DNA of 64,000 nucleotides from Magallana gigas (Eukaryota): NCBI RefSeq assembly GCF_963853765.1, contig NC_088859.1, positions 12,896,001 to 12,960,000 of the forward strand, read 5' to 3'. Shown piece by piece: positions 39,111 to 50,913 of this stretch (position 1 is its first letter; each line of letters starts with the position of its first letter). The notes under the pieces were generated by a model. It saw only the letters and a program-made list of their open reading frames with translations, ran no database searches and was not told where the DNA came from. The position numbers and the translations under genes were made by a program.

Positions 39111-42100
39111 TAGTGTTTCAGAATCGGACAGAAAATACTATCGATTATCGAATTGAATCGGAAACACCATTTAGATTCATAATCGAAATTAATCGGAGAT
39201 GTTCATGTTCCTGAATTTAGTTATCGTATGTACTTATTATATTCAAGCTAATAAAACTAACATAGGCATTTGCAAAATAAACTTTAATAAATTCTTACCA
39301 CAAATGTACTTGTGTTTTAAACTTCTATTATTATTTATATCAATTCAAAAACAAAGAAGTTATCCTTCAGCTTGATAGATTTTTTTTCTAGATAAATAAC
39401 ACAATTAGTCAATACAAGTATGTAATTTAATATAGACATTCAGCTTTTACACCATAACTGTTACCTAACAGTGTTATTACTATTCAGTACATGTAATAAC
39501 TAGTAAGTTATGAACATTATGTTCAATTATTTATCAAATATGTATTGAATAAAATATACAGAACATGTACCAGATATTTAACACCACTTTTCAGTTTTCC
39601 TTTTTTCACCAATCACCAGTATAAATCCATGTTCATTTTTAAAAACACTATTGTGTTCACTTGTGATGGTCTCATTCTAGACCTCTTTTTTGTAATTAGA
39701 TTTCCGCACAGGCTAAATACCCTTTCACTGGGCACAGAGGAGGCAGGAATAGCCAAGTATTTTCTTGCAAGAGTAGCTAATCTAGGAAAAATAAATTCAT
39801 TTTTCTGCCACCACTGTAATAATGTGGTGTCCCGATCTTCAACACATTTAGTACTTCCCAAAAATGAAGTAACCTCTTTCTCCACAGCCACTGACAATGA
39901 AACTCTATCTTCATGAACAATAAAAACATCATCGAACCAATCTTCCAAGTCTGAACATTTCATTTTTTTAGCTGAAGACACCCCATCATCTAACATTTCA
40001 TCATCTGCACAGGCAACATTACCTTGCTGAACTACACATTCACTATCCAAACTAGGAAGCTTGGGAAGAACATCAGATGAAGTCCCTCTATGGCCATCTG
40101 CAACTGTTTCTATATTTTCTTTTTTGATATTAAGATTTACATTTGAAACAGCCAAAGCTTTTTGAAGAAGAAGTTGATGTGCAGAAATTCTTTCTGCCTC
40201 TGACAAAAAACTGAGGTTCTTAGTATCAGGACTGAGCATGGCAGCCATAAGTGGGATTTCCTCATCCGTTATTCTTTTACATATCTCCACCTTCATTTTA
40301 GAAACAACCTTCTGAATAACGCTACTAAAATTTGGATTATCAAGAATTTTCTTGATTTTCTCAAAGGTCACTAGAACCTTGCACATTGTTGGGTTAAGTT
40401 CAGCACATAAAATACATGTGGCTTTTTGAAATGGTTCAAGTATCTGAACTAAATCTTCAACAACTGTCAATTCTTCAAAACTCAAACAACAAGCTTTTAC
40501 ATTGTCTAACATGTTTTTGTTAATCTTTTTATCATTAGCTACAGCCATGATGGCAGGGGTTTGTTCTAATACACGCTTCAACATGTCCAAAGAACTGTTC
40601 CACCGAGTGGGACAGTCAACAATCAGTTTGTGCCTAATCAGTTTCTCATTGTCTGAAAAAACGCTTGCCTGTTTCTCAATCAAACAATCATTCAAACTAG
40701 TTGATTTGTGAAAATGTCCAACTAATTTTCTACATTTAGATAATATTTTGTGTACTTCAGGAACTTCAAGGGCATGCTTTACAATCAAATTAATGCGATG
40801 TCCATAACAGCCTGAGCGTTCCCATCCAAGAATTTCGACAGTTTTTTTTTCATTCGCTGCATTATCTGTGACACATGTTGGGTCTGGTAGGTTCCATGTT
40901 GCAACGGTTTCTGAAAAAGAAAGAAATTTTAATCATGCGTTAAATCTAAATTCATTTTCCCTCCCCACATTTTTTAATCTTAAACAATTAACATTTTTAG
41001 ATTTAAAAAAATACCTTTAAGTCCATCCGCAATCTTTTCACTGGTATGGGATCCCTGAACTTGATGTGTATGCAGGACAACTGATCGCAGCTCCCAGGCA
41101 CTTGTAATGAAATGTGCAGTCACTGTGCTATAACTTTCTGTTGCACAACTACTCCAGTCATCGTGCGTTATTGCAATAGATCCACTTTTTGGTGGAAGAT
41201 CCCTAGCAACTTTTTCTGTCATTTTGATTTTCTTTTCATTCATTAACTTTAAAATTCCATGTTTAGTTGGGGGTGTATATCTAGAAGAAAATTGACAATA
41301 TTTTATTTCTCCTTTTAAAACAGCAACAACATTCCATAATTTTACTGTTTTATCATTTATTTTGAAATGAAAAAAAATACTTTACCTGGGGTCCAATTCT
41401 TTTGCCAATGTGATGAAATGCGTACTGTAAACTGTGCTTGTAGGAAGCACTTTTCCTATCATCAGTTTCAGTGTCAAATCGTCCAACTTCTTTTTTCTAT
41501 CAGCACTTAAACCAATTTTAGGGACAGCACTCTGAACTCCAGTAATCTGGGGCTGAATTAATTTTTTCTCAGCTGTTTGACTTTTATTTTTGTCTGCTGA
41601 ATTTAATTCGTGACCATGGTGCTTGTCAAGATGAAACTGAAGGTTGGTCGTATTTCCTGTGCAAAGGTAGACATCATATTATAAATAATCATCTTATTGG
41701 TATTTTTTTTAATGGTCGTAAAAGCTGATAAACAAGGGTCTTAATTTAAAGATAGAACTGCAAAGCTGTACTGACCGCGCAAAACAACAAAATATGTATA
41801 AAATGCCCACGTGCGAGTCGTGGCGCGAAACTGTCATTTTTCTGTTTACCTTTATTGGCATACGACGACAGCCATATCCAAATTTTGTTTACTTGGCGGG
41901 CCTTCCTTTTTCTTCGTAAAGCCAAAATACTTCCATACAACCGAGCGGGTTGCCCCGGGATACGGGTAAATCTGAGATTCTGTCACTGTGCCTTCCTCAA
42001 CGCGTTCAGCCATTTTTACTATTAAGAGTTATCGTTCTTTTCGGAAATAAAAAAACGTTTAAAACCGGCTCAAAACGGATTAGTTTAGTGCGAGTTAAAT

Positions 42101-42212
42101 TTTTGTCAACCATTCACCGACTATCGATTTTAGCTTTCAGCTATCGATTGTCGGCATCGGCAGTAGTCTAACGACGATTTTTCGATCGTCGGCGACTATC
42201 GCTGAATCACTA
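39111..42212 (-). mobile_element. hAT DNA transposon, 3102 bp, with TIRs and 8-bp TSD
   Basis: TIRs TAGTGTTTCAG / CTGAATCACTA (1 mismatch). TSD GTTAATAA at 39103-39110 and 42213-42220. ATCG-rich subterminal repeats at both ends. Confidence 0.95.
39613..42013 (-). pseudogene. Four-exon ZBED1-like hAT transposase with a frameshifting lesion in the BED finger
   Basis: Exons 41850-42013, 41386-41656, 41015-41280, 39613-40910. Exons 2-4 are open and in phase (THDDW, TDNAAN, CYGH, WNS, WW...LARKYLAIPASSVPSERVFS). Exon 1 has VWKYFGF but lacks the CxxC and is out of phase with GNTTNLQFHL. Confidence 0.8.
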
Positions 42213-42941
42213 GTTAATAAGATTTTCCTATATATAATGTATGTTTCTTCAAACTGGAGAATATTTTTAACACGTTTTTTCCAAAGCTTGAACACGTTTT
42301 ACGAATGAGCACAATAACGAAGTCGGATAAACTTTGATATGAATAGTCGGGATTGATTCTATTTTAGAAATCTTGAAATGCTGTTCCTATAAGGATAAAA
42401 CAGGGAACATGGAGCATAAATCAAACACAGGATCACTGACCAATGCTAGCCACATTTTGCTGTGTACCGAACAAAGTAAATAAAACATAAATGTTCCTTA
42501 AAAAATCGGTAAAATGGCTACCTGTATCAACGATTTTTTTAATCAAATTATTTTGTAAACATCTATTTATGTATCAATACCGTTATTTGAACCATACACA
42601 TCCGAATCCAAGAGAGGTTTTAAATGGCAGTGATGAGATGCTATCTCAATCTTACTACCAAAACCACCATGAAACATTTATGTTATGAATACGTTCCGGT
42701 TTTTTTTTTACCCATATACATCACCAAGACCCTAAAGAAACTTTTATTTTATTAACTAGATTTTTTTTAACCATACACATCTGAGTTTGTAAAAGGTTTT
42801 AAATGGACAGGGATGAAGTTCAATCCTCTCACCAAAAAAAAAAACCCCCAAAACGGATGACAAAAATTAAACAAAAACAAGATTATATACAGAAACTTTT
42901 TCATATCAGAAAAACTACGAAAGAAAGATCGAGTCTAACAA

Positions 42942-43811
42942 TCAATTGCAGTTTGCCTTTATCAACGGTGAGTTGATGTATTCTTCAATAGTGACGACAT
43001 CATCTGCAAATTAAATTTAAAAAAAACCATGAAAAGCAATTCTGTAGTTTATTCATTTTTAAATCCCCACTTTGTTTTACGATCAATAAACGTTTTATTT
43101 GTGTATTCTAATTGATATATTCTATGTTACCTTGGTTGACATCCAATTTCTCAAAGAATTCATCTAAATCTTGAAATCCAGTCATTTCAATAAATGTCGA
43201 CAACTCTGTTTCACTGATTTGCTGATCACCATCCAGATCGAATGAATAGAAATCACAAACATTCACTCTAATAATCTGTGTCAATTAAAAGAATGATAAT
43301 GTCATTATGACCTGACCATGTTTGAAGTCGTATTAATAAGAATCATACACGTGTTCTCGTAGTTTTTATTAAAATCTAATACAATTCCATAAAGTAATTA
43401 TTATATTGTTTATCATAGGTTTTATTTTATAAGTGTTTACTCTTTACTCTTTCAGAATTGTTATTTTATGCCATTCTACAAATCATGTAGTATATACATA
43501 GAATTAAACAGCAAAGTATTTCTTACCTCGTCGTCTGTAGATCTTTTTCCAACCACTCCTGCTGCGACCTTTGCAACTGTGTGTGCGGTGGCCACAGTTT
43601 TGGCAACTTTTGCAGCTTTTCTAACGAACTTTCTAAATCTTCTTCTCCAGCCGCCGTTAACATCTTCCGTTAGCAGTAAAAAGGTCAATGAAAAAAGCAA
43701 GAAGTACCGAAACTGCAAAATGAACAAAAAATAAAAATAATCAATTTAAAAGACACGGAAGATATAATAAAGGAAAACAAAATATACTTCCACTATGAAC
43801 AAATTTACCAT
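42942..43811 (-). CDS. Cationic peptide/EF-hand precursor gene 3, 131 aa
   Basis: Exons 43809-43811, 43527-43712, 43131-43275, 42942-43003. Protein: MFRYFLLFSLTFLLLTEDVNG / GWRRRFRKFVRKAAKVAKTVATAHTVAKVAAGVV / GKR / STDDEIIRVNVCDFYSFDLDGDQQISETELSTFIEMTGFQDLDEFFEKLDVNQDDVVTIEEYINSPLIKANCN. Confidence 0.92.
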
Positions 43812-43853
43812 TGTGTACTGTTGTTGATTTTATGCAGAACAGAATTAATCTAC

Positions 43854-43909
43854 TTTTATATCGACACCCCATGAGAGTTTACGGGCTTTTCATTTCATTT
43901 TCTGAAAAC
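43854..43909 (-). promoter_or_regulatory. TATA box and IRF/ISRE-like element of peptide gene 3
   Basis: TATAAAA (minus) at 43854-43860. The 28-mer at 43882-43909 is identical to 28667-28694. Confidence 0.55.
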
Positions 43910-44385
43910 ATTATGATGTTTGAAATTTCTTGCTGAAGTAGGAAGCACCGCCCTCCTGTTAATTTTTATTTACATCACACGCATTTTGATATATTAAGGC
44001 GTGAAAGTTGCTTTGAATTGTAGTGACTGGTTTGTTAAATTTGACAAACTTTTTTTAAACACCATTTTAAAAATTAATATCTGTCACGTAAACATTAAGA
44101 AGGTATGGTAGGTAATGGTTAATTAAATTTCGCCAGGATCTATATATGGTTTTCCAAACCTTTTTTATAAATGCATAAAATAAAAGCAAACTAAACCAGC
44201 AAAAAAGAAAATAAAACAAATGAATTTGAATTCTAAAAAGGTGAATCTCTATTTTTCCACTTCTGGGAGATTAAACTTTCTATAACGATTTTTAACGTAA
44301 CAATGTCACTATTTATATATTTCTTCTGTTTTACCCATGGAATCCACTTATTTTGAAAAACGAATCATTTACTTTCTTTTCTTTT

Positions 44386-44424
<39 letters not shown>

Positions 44425-44859
44425 AATTATTGTGTTTAATAAAAAAAGAAATCGAGAGTAAAAATCAATATAAAAAAGCGTGAACAGAATATTACTCAGG
44501 ATTCATAAATTATCTATAGGATATGATGTGTTCAGCAATAAAGTGAAAAAATTTAAAGTCTACATAATATAAACTTTTTCGATTTCATTTGGCGTGCATT
44601 TTAGATACGAATTATTTTCGTTAATTATATAACCACAATTCATTTACGTAAATCAGTTCTCGTTTCAGCAGTATACAAGTATTTTAGTTGCGAAAGAACT
44701 CCTCACACATGTATACATCTTTAAACGTATTAGACACTGCACTTCATTCAAATCTCAGTTGGCATATTTAAGAGTAAAAATGGCCGATGACAGTCGAAGA
44801 ATAAATCAGATTACACAACTTCATTATTCAAAAATAGTTTCCATTTCCCTCTTATGTCT

Positions 44860-46070
44860 AGTCGCACCTACAACAGTCCTGTTTTCTCCGTCCATATGTT
44901 AGACTTTACAATGAAAATCTCCCTAACAAGAGAACGTACACAAACATTCCAACAGAGCATAAAGATAGGAAATCTTATTAGCTAAATAGATTATAGATTA
45001 ACAATCATTAAAAAAAAATTAAGGGAAAGCTGATGGTAGCTTTATAGACCGTTTAGCCTCCTTAAAGCTGAATACTACTTGTAAAAGGCATTGTCCGCCA
45101 TATTTCTCTTTTATCGCCGCTATCTCTACAACTCATTTGAAAGCTTCCTCATTTTCCCACTTGGATGCATATCATTGCACACATTGCACACAAGTACTCT
45201 GAAGTTGGCATTAAAAACATGCTTAAATGTTTTTAAAACAGTTTTTGGAGACCAGGTCTTCCAACAATCAGACGGAATTCTCATGGGTACAAATTGTGCT
45301 CCTCTATTGGCTGACTTATTTCTATATTCTTTTGAAGCAGAATTCATTCAAAAGCTTGTTCAAGAAAAAAATAGAGCTCTTGCTGTGGCTTCAACTCCAC
45401 ATTTAGATATATTGATGATGTGTTTTCCATTAACAATTGTTACTTTCACTCTTATGTTAACTCAACATATCCAAGTGAGTTTGAAATAAAACATTCAACA
45501 AATTCCGAAACATCTGATTTCATATTTGGATATTTTACTAGAAAAAGACATTAATGGCAACATAACAACAATTAAAAACTATATGATAAACGTGGTGATT
45601 TAATTTTTTCCATCGTCAACTTCCCTTTCCTATGTAGCAATACACCAACATCACCTGGTTCTGGGGTTTATGTCTCTCAGCTTATTCGTAATGCAAGAGC
45701 AAGCTCTATATGCGAACAATTTATTAAACGAGGCATGCTACTCGATTAAAATCATCTTTACGCGAGTTTTATGGTCGATACAATGACCTTATCGACAAGT
45801 ACAATGTTTCATTAGGACAAATGTTGAATGACGTTTTTCATACTTGTTATACCATTATTTATACACCGGACTGACTATGGTTTCTTCCATTTTTCATGAT
45901 CTTGACAATGAGCACACGGCGGGTGCGACCGGTCGGCAGGGGATGGTCACTCTTCCTAGACACCTAATCCCACTTCTATCATTTTAGAGATCCGTGTTGC
46001 TCTGCTTTAATTCGTATTTCGCTTTACAGATTTCTGAGATGGTTGACAGTTTGTTACTGTCAGTTTTCAT
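44860..46070 (+). mobile_element. Degenerate Penelope-like RT remnant with conserved 3' tail
   Basis: VFQQSDGILMGTNCAPLLADLFLYSFEAEF, then FRYIDDVFSINN in a shifted frame. The tail GGTCGGCAGGGGATG...CACCTAATCCCAC recurs in reverse at about 57025-57150 and 63230-63420. Confidence 0.75.
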
Positions 46071-47669
46071 TCATTCATATAATACATACCAGAAATTCAA
46101 GTAAAACAGTCAAAATACTGTAAAAAAGCAAATGAAGTAACAAACTGCAACATATAATATGTAGAGCAAAATATTGTACAAGGTACACTTTAGTAAATCA
46201 TTTATAATACAAACTGAATAAGCTGCAGATCCCTTGATAGCTGAAAGTATTTTGCTAAAGATGTCTCGCCAATGTGGACTTACATGTCTCAATGTAGGCC
46301 ACTCGGTCGCGATAAAATTTTTCCATTTTTACAAACTACAAACTTTTTCTAAGCCAGGAAAATACTAACATCAGCAATATAGGTTAACACATTATTTACA
46401 AACAGAAAATGCACATAAAACAAGAATTAATCACTAACATTATGACCACGAGAGGAATACTTCGCGTCGGCCACGAGTTACAGGTATGCAAACGGGTGTA
46501 ACGAAACTGAAGGATTTATGTATCTGTGTGACGGTGCCTATTAAAAATGGTGTCTAGCTTGAACATTTCTAAATCTAAATGGATCTTGTTTTAAAATCAT
46601 TTTATTTTAAAATGTTTTAATAAAATGTAAGAATGCGCTTAATTTTAATGTTTATTTCTTTTTCTTCATATCAAACTATGTCAAGATTAGTCTATTTATT
46701 TTATCTTTAAGTATTTTTTATAAAGTTTTTAAGGTTCCTATAAAGAGAAAAGGCAGATTGTCATTCACCATGCATGGTTATATACAATGACCCTTAGTTT
46801 TTTTTAACATTCGGCCTATGTATCTCCGCTATTTTTTCAAAGGTGCTATGCATGATAGTTCAGAGGTATTCAGAAAAAAGTTGTGAAGAATAAAATTGCT
46901 TCCATTTTCTTTTATTGCAACTAAAATATTTTTTCGATTTCATTCACGGACACCGACGATTTTGCTGTTATTATGATATGCATGATCTCATCTTGTACTC
47001 AAGCTTGTGTTTTGAAAGGTGTGTGTGTTTTAAAAAAAAGAATTTAGCTCTTATGTTTCTACAAAGTGGAGAAATTTTTAATCACCCTCTTCACATATAT
47101 CACAGAAACGAGGTCGGGATGTCTCTACAATGAGAATCTTAGACCCCAATTCTCATTGACAGTTGAACATGTAATCAGGAAGAAAACATTATGAACAGGA
47201 ACAGTGACATCATTTTGCTCTGTTACACATGATAAAAATAAAAGTATATTCCCTTCAACGTTCTTCAAAAATTCGTTACATTTTTAAAGCAGTTTTTTTA
47301 TCAGGTTATATCGTGATTTCTAGGGCTAAAAAAATTACACAAAACCATAATTCAATAGGAATAAGAGTCTATATTTTTTTAGATTTATTATGAAAGCATG
47401 TAGAGTGAATATTTTAACAATTGTCGTATACCGTAAACACATGGCATCAGGGAAAATCCACAGTTGACTGACGGATGAAAAGAGTTGACATGTTTAAATA
47501 AAATATGATTTGAAAAAAACCAACGAGAGGTTTTATTTCGGTAGGAATCTTGTCCAAAAAAATTAAAATGCAGTTATATACAGAAGTTTAATCATAAGAA
47601 ACAAATTACAGTTAGAAAAATAGTAAAAATAAAAAAAATTACTACAGAGTGAAAAACCGTGTCAAATAA

Positions 47670-48463
47670 TCAGCTGCACGCTTCCTTAATAATCTGGGAA
47701 CTGTTGTATTCTTCTATAGTGACGACATCATCTGCATAAAAAATTAGAGACAAATGTATCGATATAATTCTTTTTTCATTCATCTTTATTTGTAAGTGAA
47801 GTGTCCGCTTTACCTTTGTTGACATCCAGTTTTTCAAAGAACTCATCCAAATCTACAAATCCAGTAATATCAATCAGTGTTGACAATTCTGTTTCACTGA
47901 TGCGCTGATCATCGTCCAGATCGAATGAGCGGAAATCACAAACATTCAAACTTAATACCTGTTGATAAAAAAGTAATAACAACAAAATGTTATTATTTTT
48001 GATTTTATATTGGTGTAAACTTGAATTACGATTTTTTTTTTATCTATAATTTATTATCAATATGATGCACAATGTGATTAATGCATTGATGATCAATATG
48101 ACTGATTTTAGTTATCGTTCCTGAGACAAACGTTTTGGTAATTTATTTTATATATCAGATATCTTATACAATAAAATCACGAAAAAAATCATTACCTGGT
48201 CATTCGTTGATCTTTTTCCTAACACCGTTGCTGCGACTTTCACTACAGTATGAATAGTATGGGCAGTTTTAATAACCTTTGCAGCTTTTCTTAAAAACTT
48301 TTTGATTCTTCTCCAGGCGTGAACATCTTCCGTTAGCAGTAAAATGGCCAATGAAAAAACCAAGAAGTACCGAAACTGCACATTCAAAAAAAAAATTTAT
48401 TATGAATTTTAGCTTAAAAAATGGACATACATTTTTTTTATAAATACTACAACATATTACCAT
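47670..48463 (-). CDS. Cationic peptide/EF-hand precursor gene 4, 129 aa
   Basis: Exons 48461-48463, 48196-48375, 47814-47958, 47670-47731. Protein: MFRYFLVFSLAILLLTEDVHA / WRRIKKFLRKAAKVIKTAHTIHTVVKVAATVL / GKR / STNDQVLSLNVCDFRSFDLDDDQRISETELSTLIDITGFVDLDEFFEKLDVNKDDVVTIEEYNSSQIIKEACS. Confidence 0.92.
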
Positions 48464-48522
48464 AGTGTTACACTCTTGATGATTCTTCACAAGAAGTAAG
48501 TCCAACACATGTTGATCTGCTC

Positions 48523-48572
48523 TTATATCACCACCAATAGAGTTTCAGGTTTTTTATTCATTTTCGAAAAAC
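48523..48572 (-). promoter_or_regulatory. TATA-like box and conserved upstream element of peptide gene 4
   Basis: TATAAG (minus) at 48522-48527, about 60 nt before the ATG. A diverged paralogous element lies at 48548-48572. Confidence 0.5.
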
Positions 48573-49118
48573 AGTATGTCTATAATGTTGGTATGTTTAT
48601 GCTAAAGTGGAGCACCGCCCAGTTTCAGTTTCATTTTAATTAAAAAGAACGCATTACGTTGTATGCTAAATGGATGATAAAGGTGTCGCGGGGGCTTTCA
48701 GTTACACTGACTAGGCCAATGAAATTCGCCGTAATTTTTTTGACATTGTTTTAAAAATTACCATCAATCAAATAAGAGACACCAACCATATATGTAAGGT
48801 AATAATGTTACAAAACATTCCATAATCTTATTAGTATTCTGCATACTTTGTCGGGAATATATCAAATTTGATAGAAATAGAGAGACTGCATAAAGCCTCC
48901 AGCTGTTAACATGTATAGGCGATCAGGTTACAGTTATTATGCATGTGTGAAATCTCCTGGTAGATTTTTATTATAAAAACAATTTTCTTACACATCGATA
49001 TTATATGCAGCAATTATTGAGATGTGTGAATTGGATACTTTGATTTCATCTTGTTTAAACATATCTTAAAGATGCCCCTTCAGTACGATTGTTTTATCAT
49101 CAATGAAAACCAGTCGGT

Positions 49119-49263
49119 NNNNNNNNNNNNNNNNNNNNNNNNNNNNNNNNNNNNNNNNNNNNNNNNNNNNNNNNNNNNNNNNNNNNNNNNNNNNNNNNNN
49201 NNNNNNNNNNNNNNNNNNNNNNNNNNNNNNNNNNNNNNNNNNNNNNNNNNNNNNNNNNNNNNN
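49119..49263. other. Assembly gap (145 N)
   Basis: N run. Confidence 1.
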
Positions 49264-49669
49264 TATAGTAAAGATTAAGAGAGTATCAGATAAATATCAG
49301 ACCAAGTATAAATCTAGGATCAAATATAATAAATAAACAGAGGATGAATTTTGCTTTTAATTATATGTCTGCTTGAAAAATAACTCCACTAATTTACATT
49401 TTGCAGTTCACAAATTGCAGTGCAGGCGAACTGTTCTGTTACCTCTATTTTGTTTTGATAAAGAAATTCAAGGTTTTTACAGGCCTGATGAATAAACTAT
49501 AAATCAAAATAAAAGTTTAATTACCTGTTTAAAAAAAGTTTTGTATTTTATAACTTAAAAAATGACGCTTACACCCTTGAATATTATATCTTCCTAAAAC
49601 AAAAAAAGTATGTTGTAAATGCGTAATGATCTTTGTGCAATACAATCTTAATTTTTGTTTGTGTATATA

Positions 49670-49766
49670 TAGTGAGCTTTTCTGATCACATTTTGTATGT
49701 CGTCTGTCTGTCCGACTGTCTGTCTGTCTGTAAACTTTTTATATTTTCAACATCTTCTTAAGAACT

Positions 49767-49798
<32 letters not shown>

Positions 49799-50878
49799 TC
49801 ATCCTTAGGTAAGGGGGAATTAAAGTTGTGAAAATTAAGGCCATGCACTTTTTCAAGAGGAGATAATTAGAAATTAATGAAAAATTTTGAGAAATTTTAA
49901 AAAATCTTCTTCTCAAGAACCATTAGGCCAGGAAAGCTGAACCTTGTGTGGAAGCATCCTCAGGTAGTGTAGATTCAAAATCATGAACCCCAAGGGTAGG
50001 GTGGGGCTACAATGGGGGGGGGGGGGGAATCGACGTTTTATATAGGAATATGAAGAGTAAACCTTCTTCTCATAACCTCATGAGCCAGGAAAGCTGAAAC
50101 TTGTGTTGAAGCATCCTCAGGTGGTGTAGATTCAAAGTTGTGAAAATCATGACCCCCAGGGGTAGGGTTGGCAACAATGGGGGCGGGGGTGTTAAAGTTT
50201 TACATAGGTATATGTAGAGTAAATCTTTAAAACTCTTCTTCTCAGAAACTAATCAGCAAGGAAAGCTGAAACTTGTGTAAGCATCCTCAGGTAGTGTAGA
50301 TGCAATGTTGTGAAAATCATGACCCCGGGGGTAGGATTGGCCACATTGGGGGAGGATTGAAGTTTTACATTGGAATATATAGAGTATATATTTAAAAATC
50401 ATTTTTTTGAAACTAAACAGCCAGAAAAGCTAAAATTTGTGTGGAAGAATCCTCAGGTATTGTAAATTCAAAGTTGTGAAAATCATGACCCCCAAGGGTA
50501 GGGTGGGGCCACAATTGGGGGTCGATGTTTTATATAAGAATATATATAGTAAATCTTTTAAAATCTTCTTCTCATAACCTCATGAGCCAGGAAAGCTGAA
50601 ACTTGTGTTGAAGCCTCCTCAGGTAGTGTAGATTCAAAATTGTGAAAATCATTACCCCCGGGGGTAGGGTAAGCCACAATGGGGGGGGGGGGGTTAAGTT
50701 TTACAAAGGAATATTTAGGGTTAATCTTTAAAAATCTTCTTCTCAAAAACTAATCAGCCAGGAAAGCTGAAACTTGTGTAGATGCATTTATTTATACAGG
50801 ATCTACATGTATCATTGTACATTGCCCAGATAGTTTGTTTTATGACTCCATTAAGCTGACTGTATCATACCTATGTTC

Positions 50879-50913
<35 letters not shown>
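49670..50913. mobile_element. Helentron/HINE-type non-autonomous element carrying six ~157-172-bp satellite units (resembling the oyster Cg170/HindIII satellite)
   Basis: (GTCT)n microsatellite near one end. GGAAAGCTGAAACTTGTG units at about 49931, 50088, 50260, 50424, 50590, 50761. Terminal CTCAGGTGAGCGATGTGGCCCATGGGCCTCTTGTT with GGCCCATGGGCC palindrome. Family name is from recollection, not a search. Confidence 0.8.

Noticed and set aside
18428-48463. Identification of the peptides as molluscidin, myticalin or a neuropeptide precursor
   Set aside because: Molluscidin lacks this prepro structure, myticalins are Pro/Arg-rich without EF-hands, and there is only one long peptide per precursor with no known neuropeptide motif. 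No gene symbol was assigned; a database search is still needed.
49900-50800. Regularly spaced repeats as a CRISPR array
   Set aside because: Whole ~165-bp units are repeated with no unique spacers, there are no cas genes, and the context is eukaryotic. This is a satellite inside a Helentron-type element.
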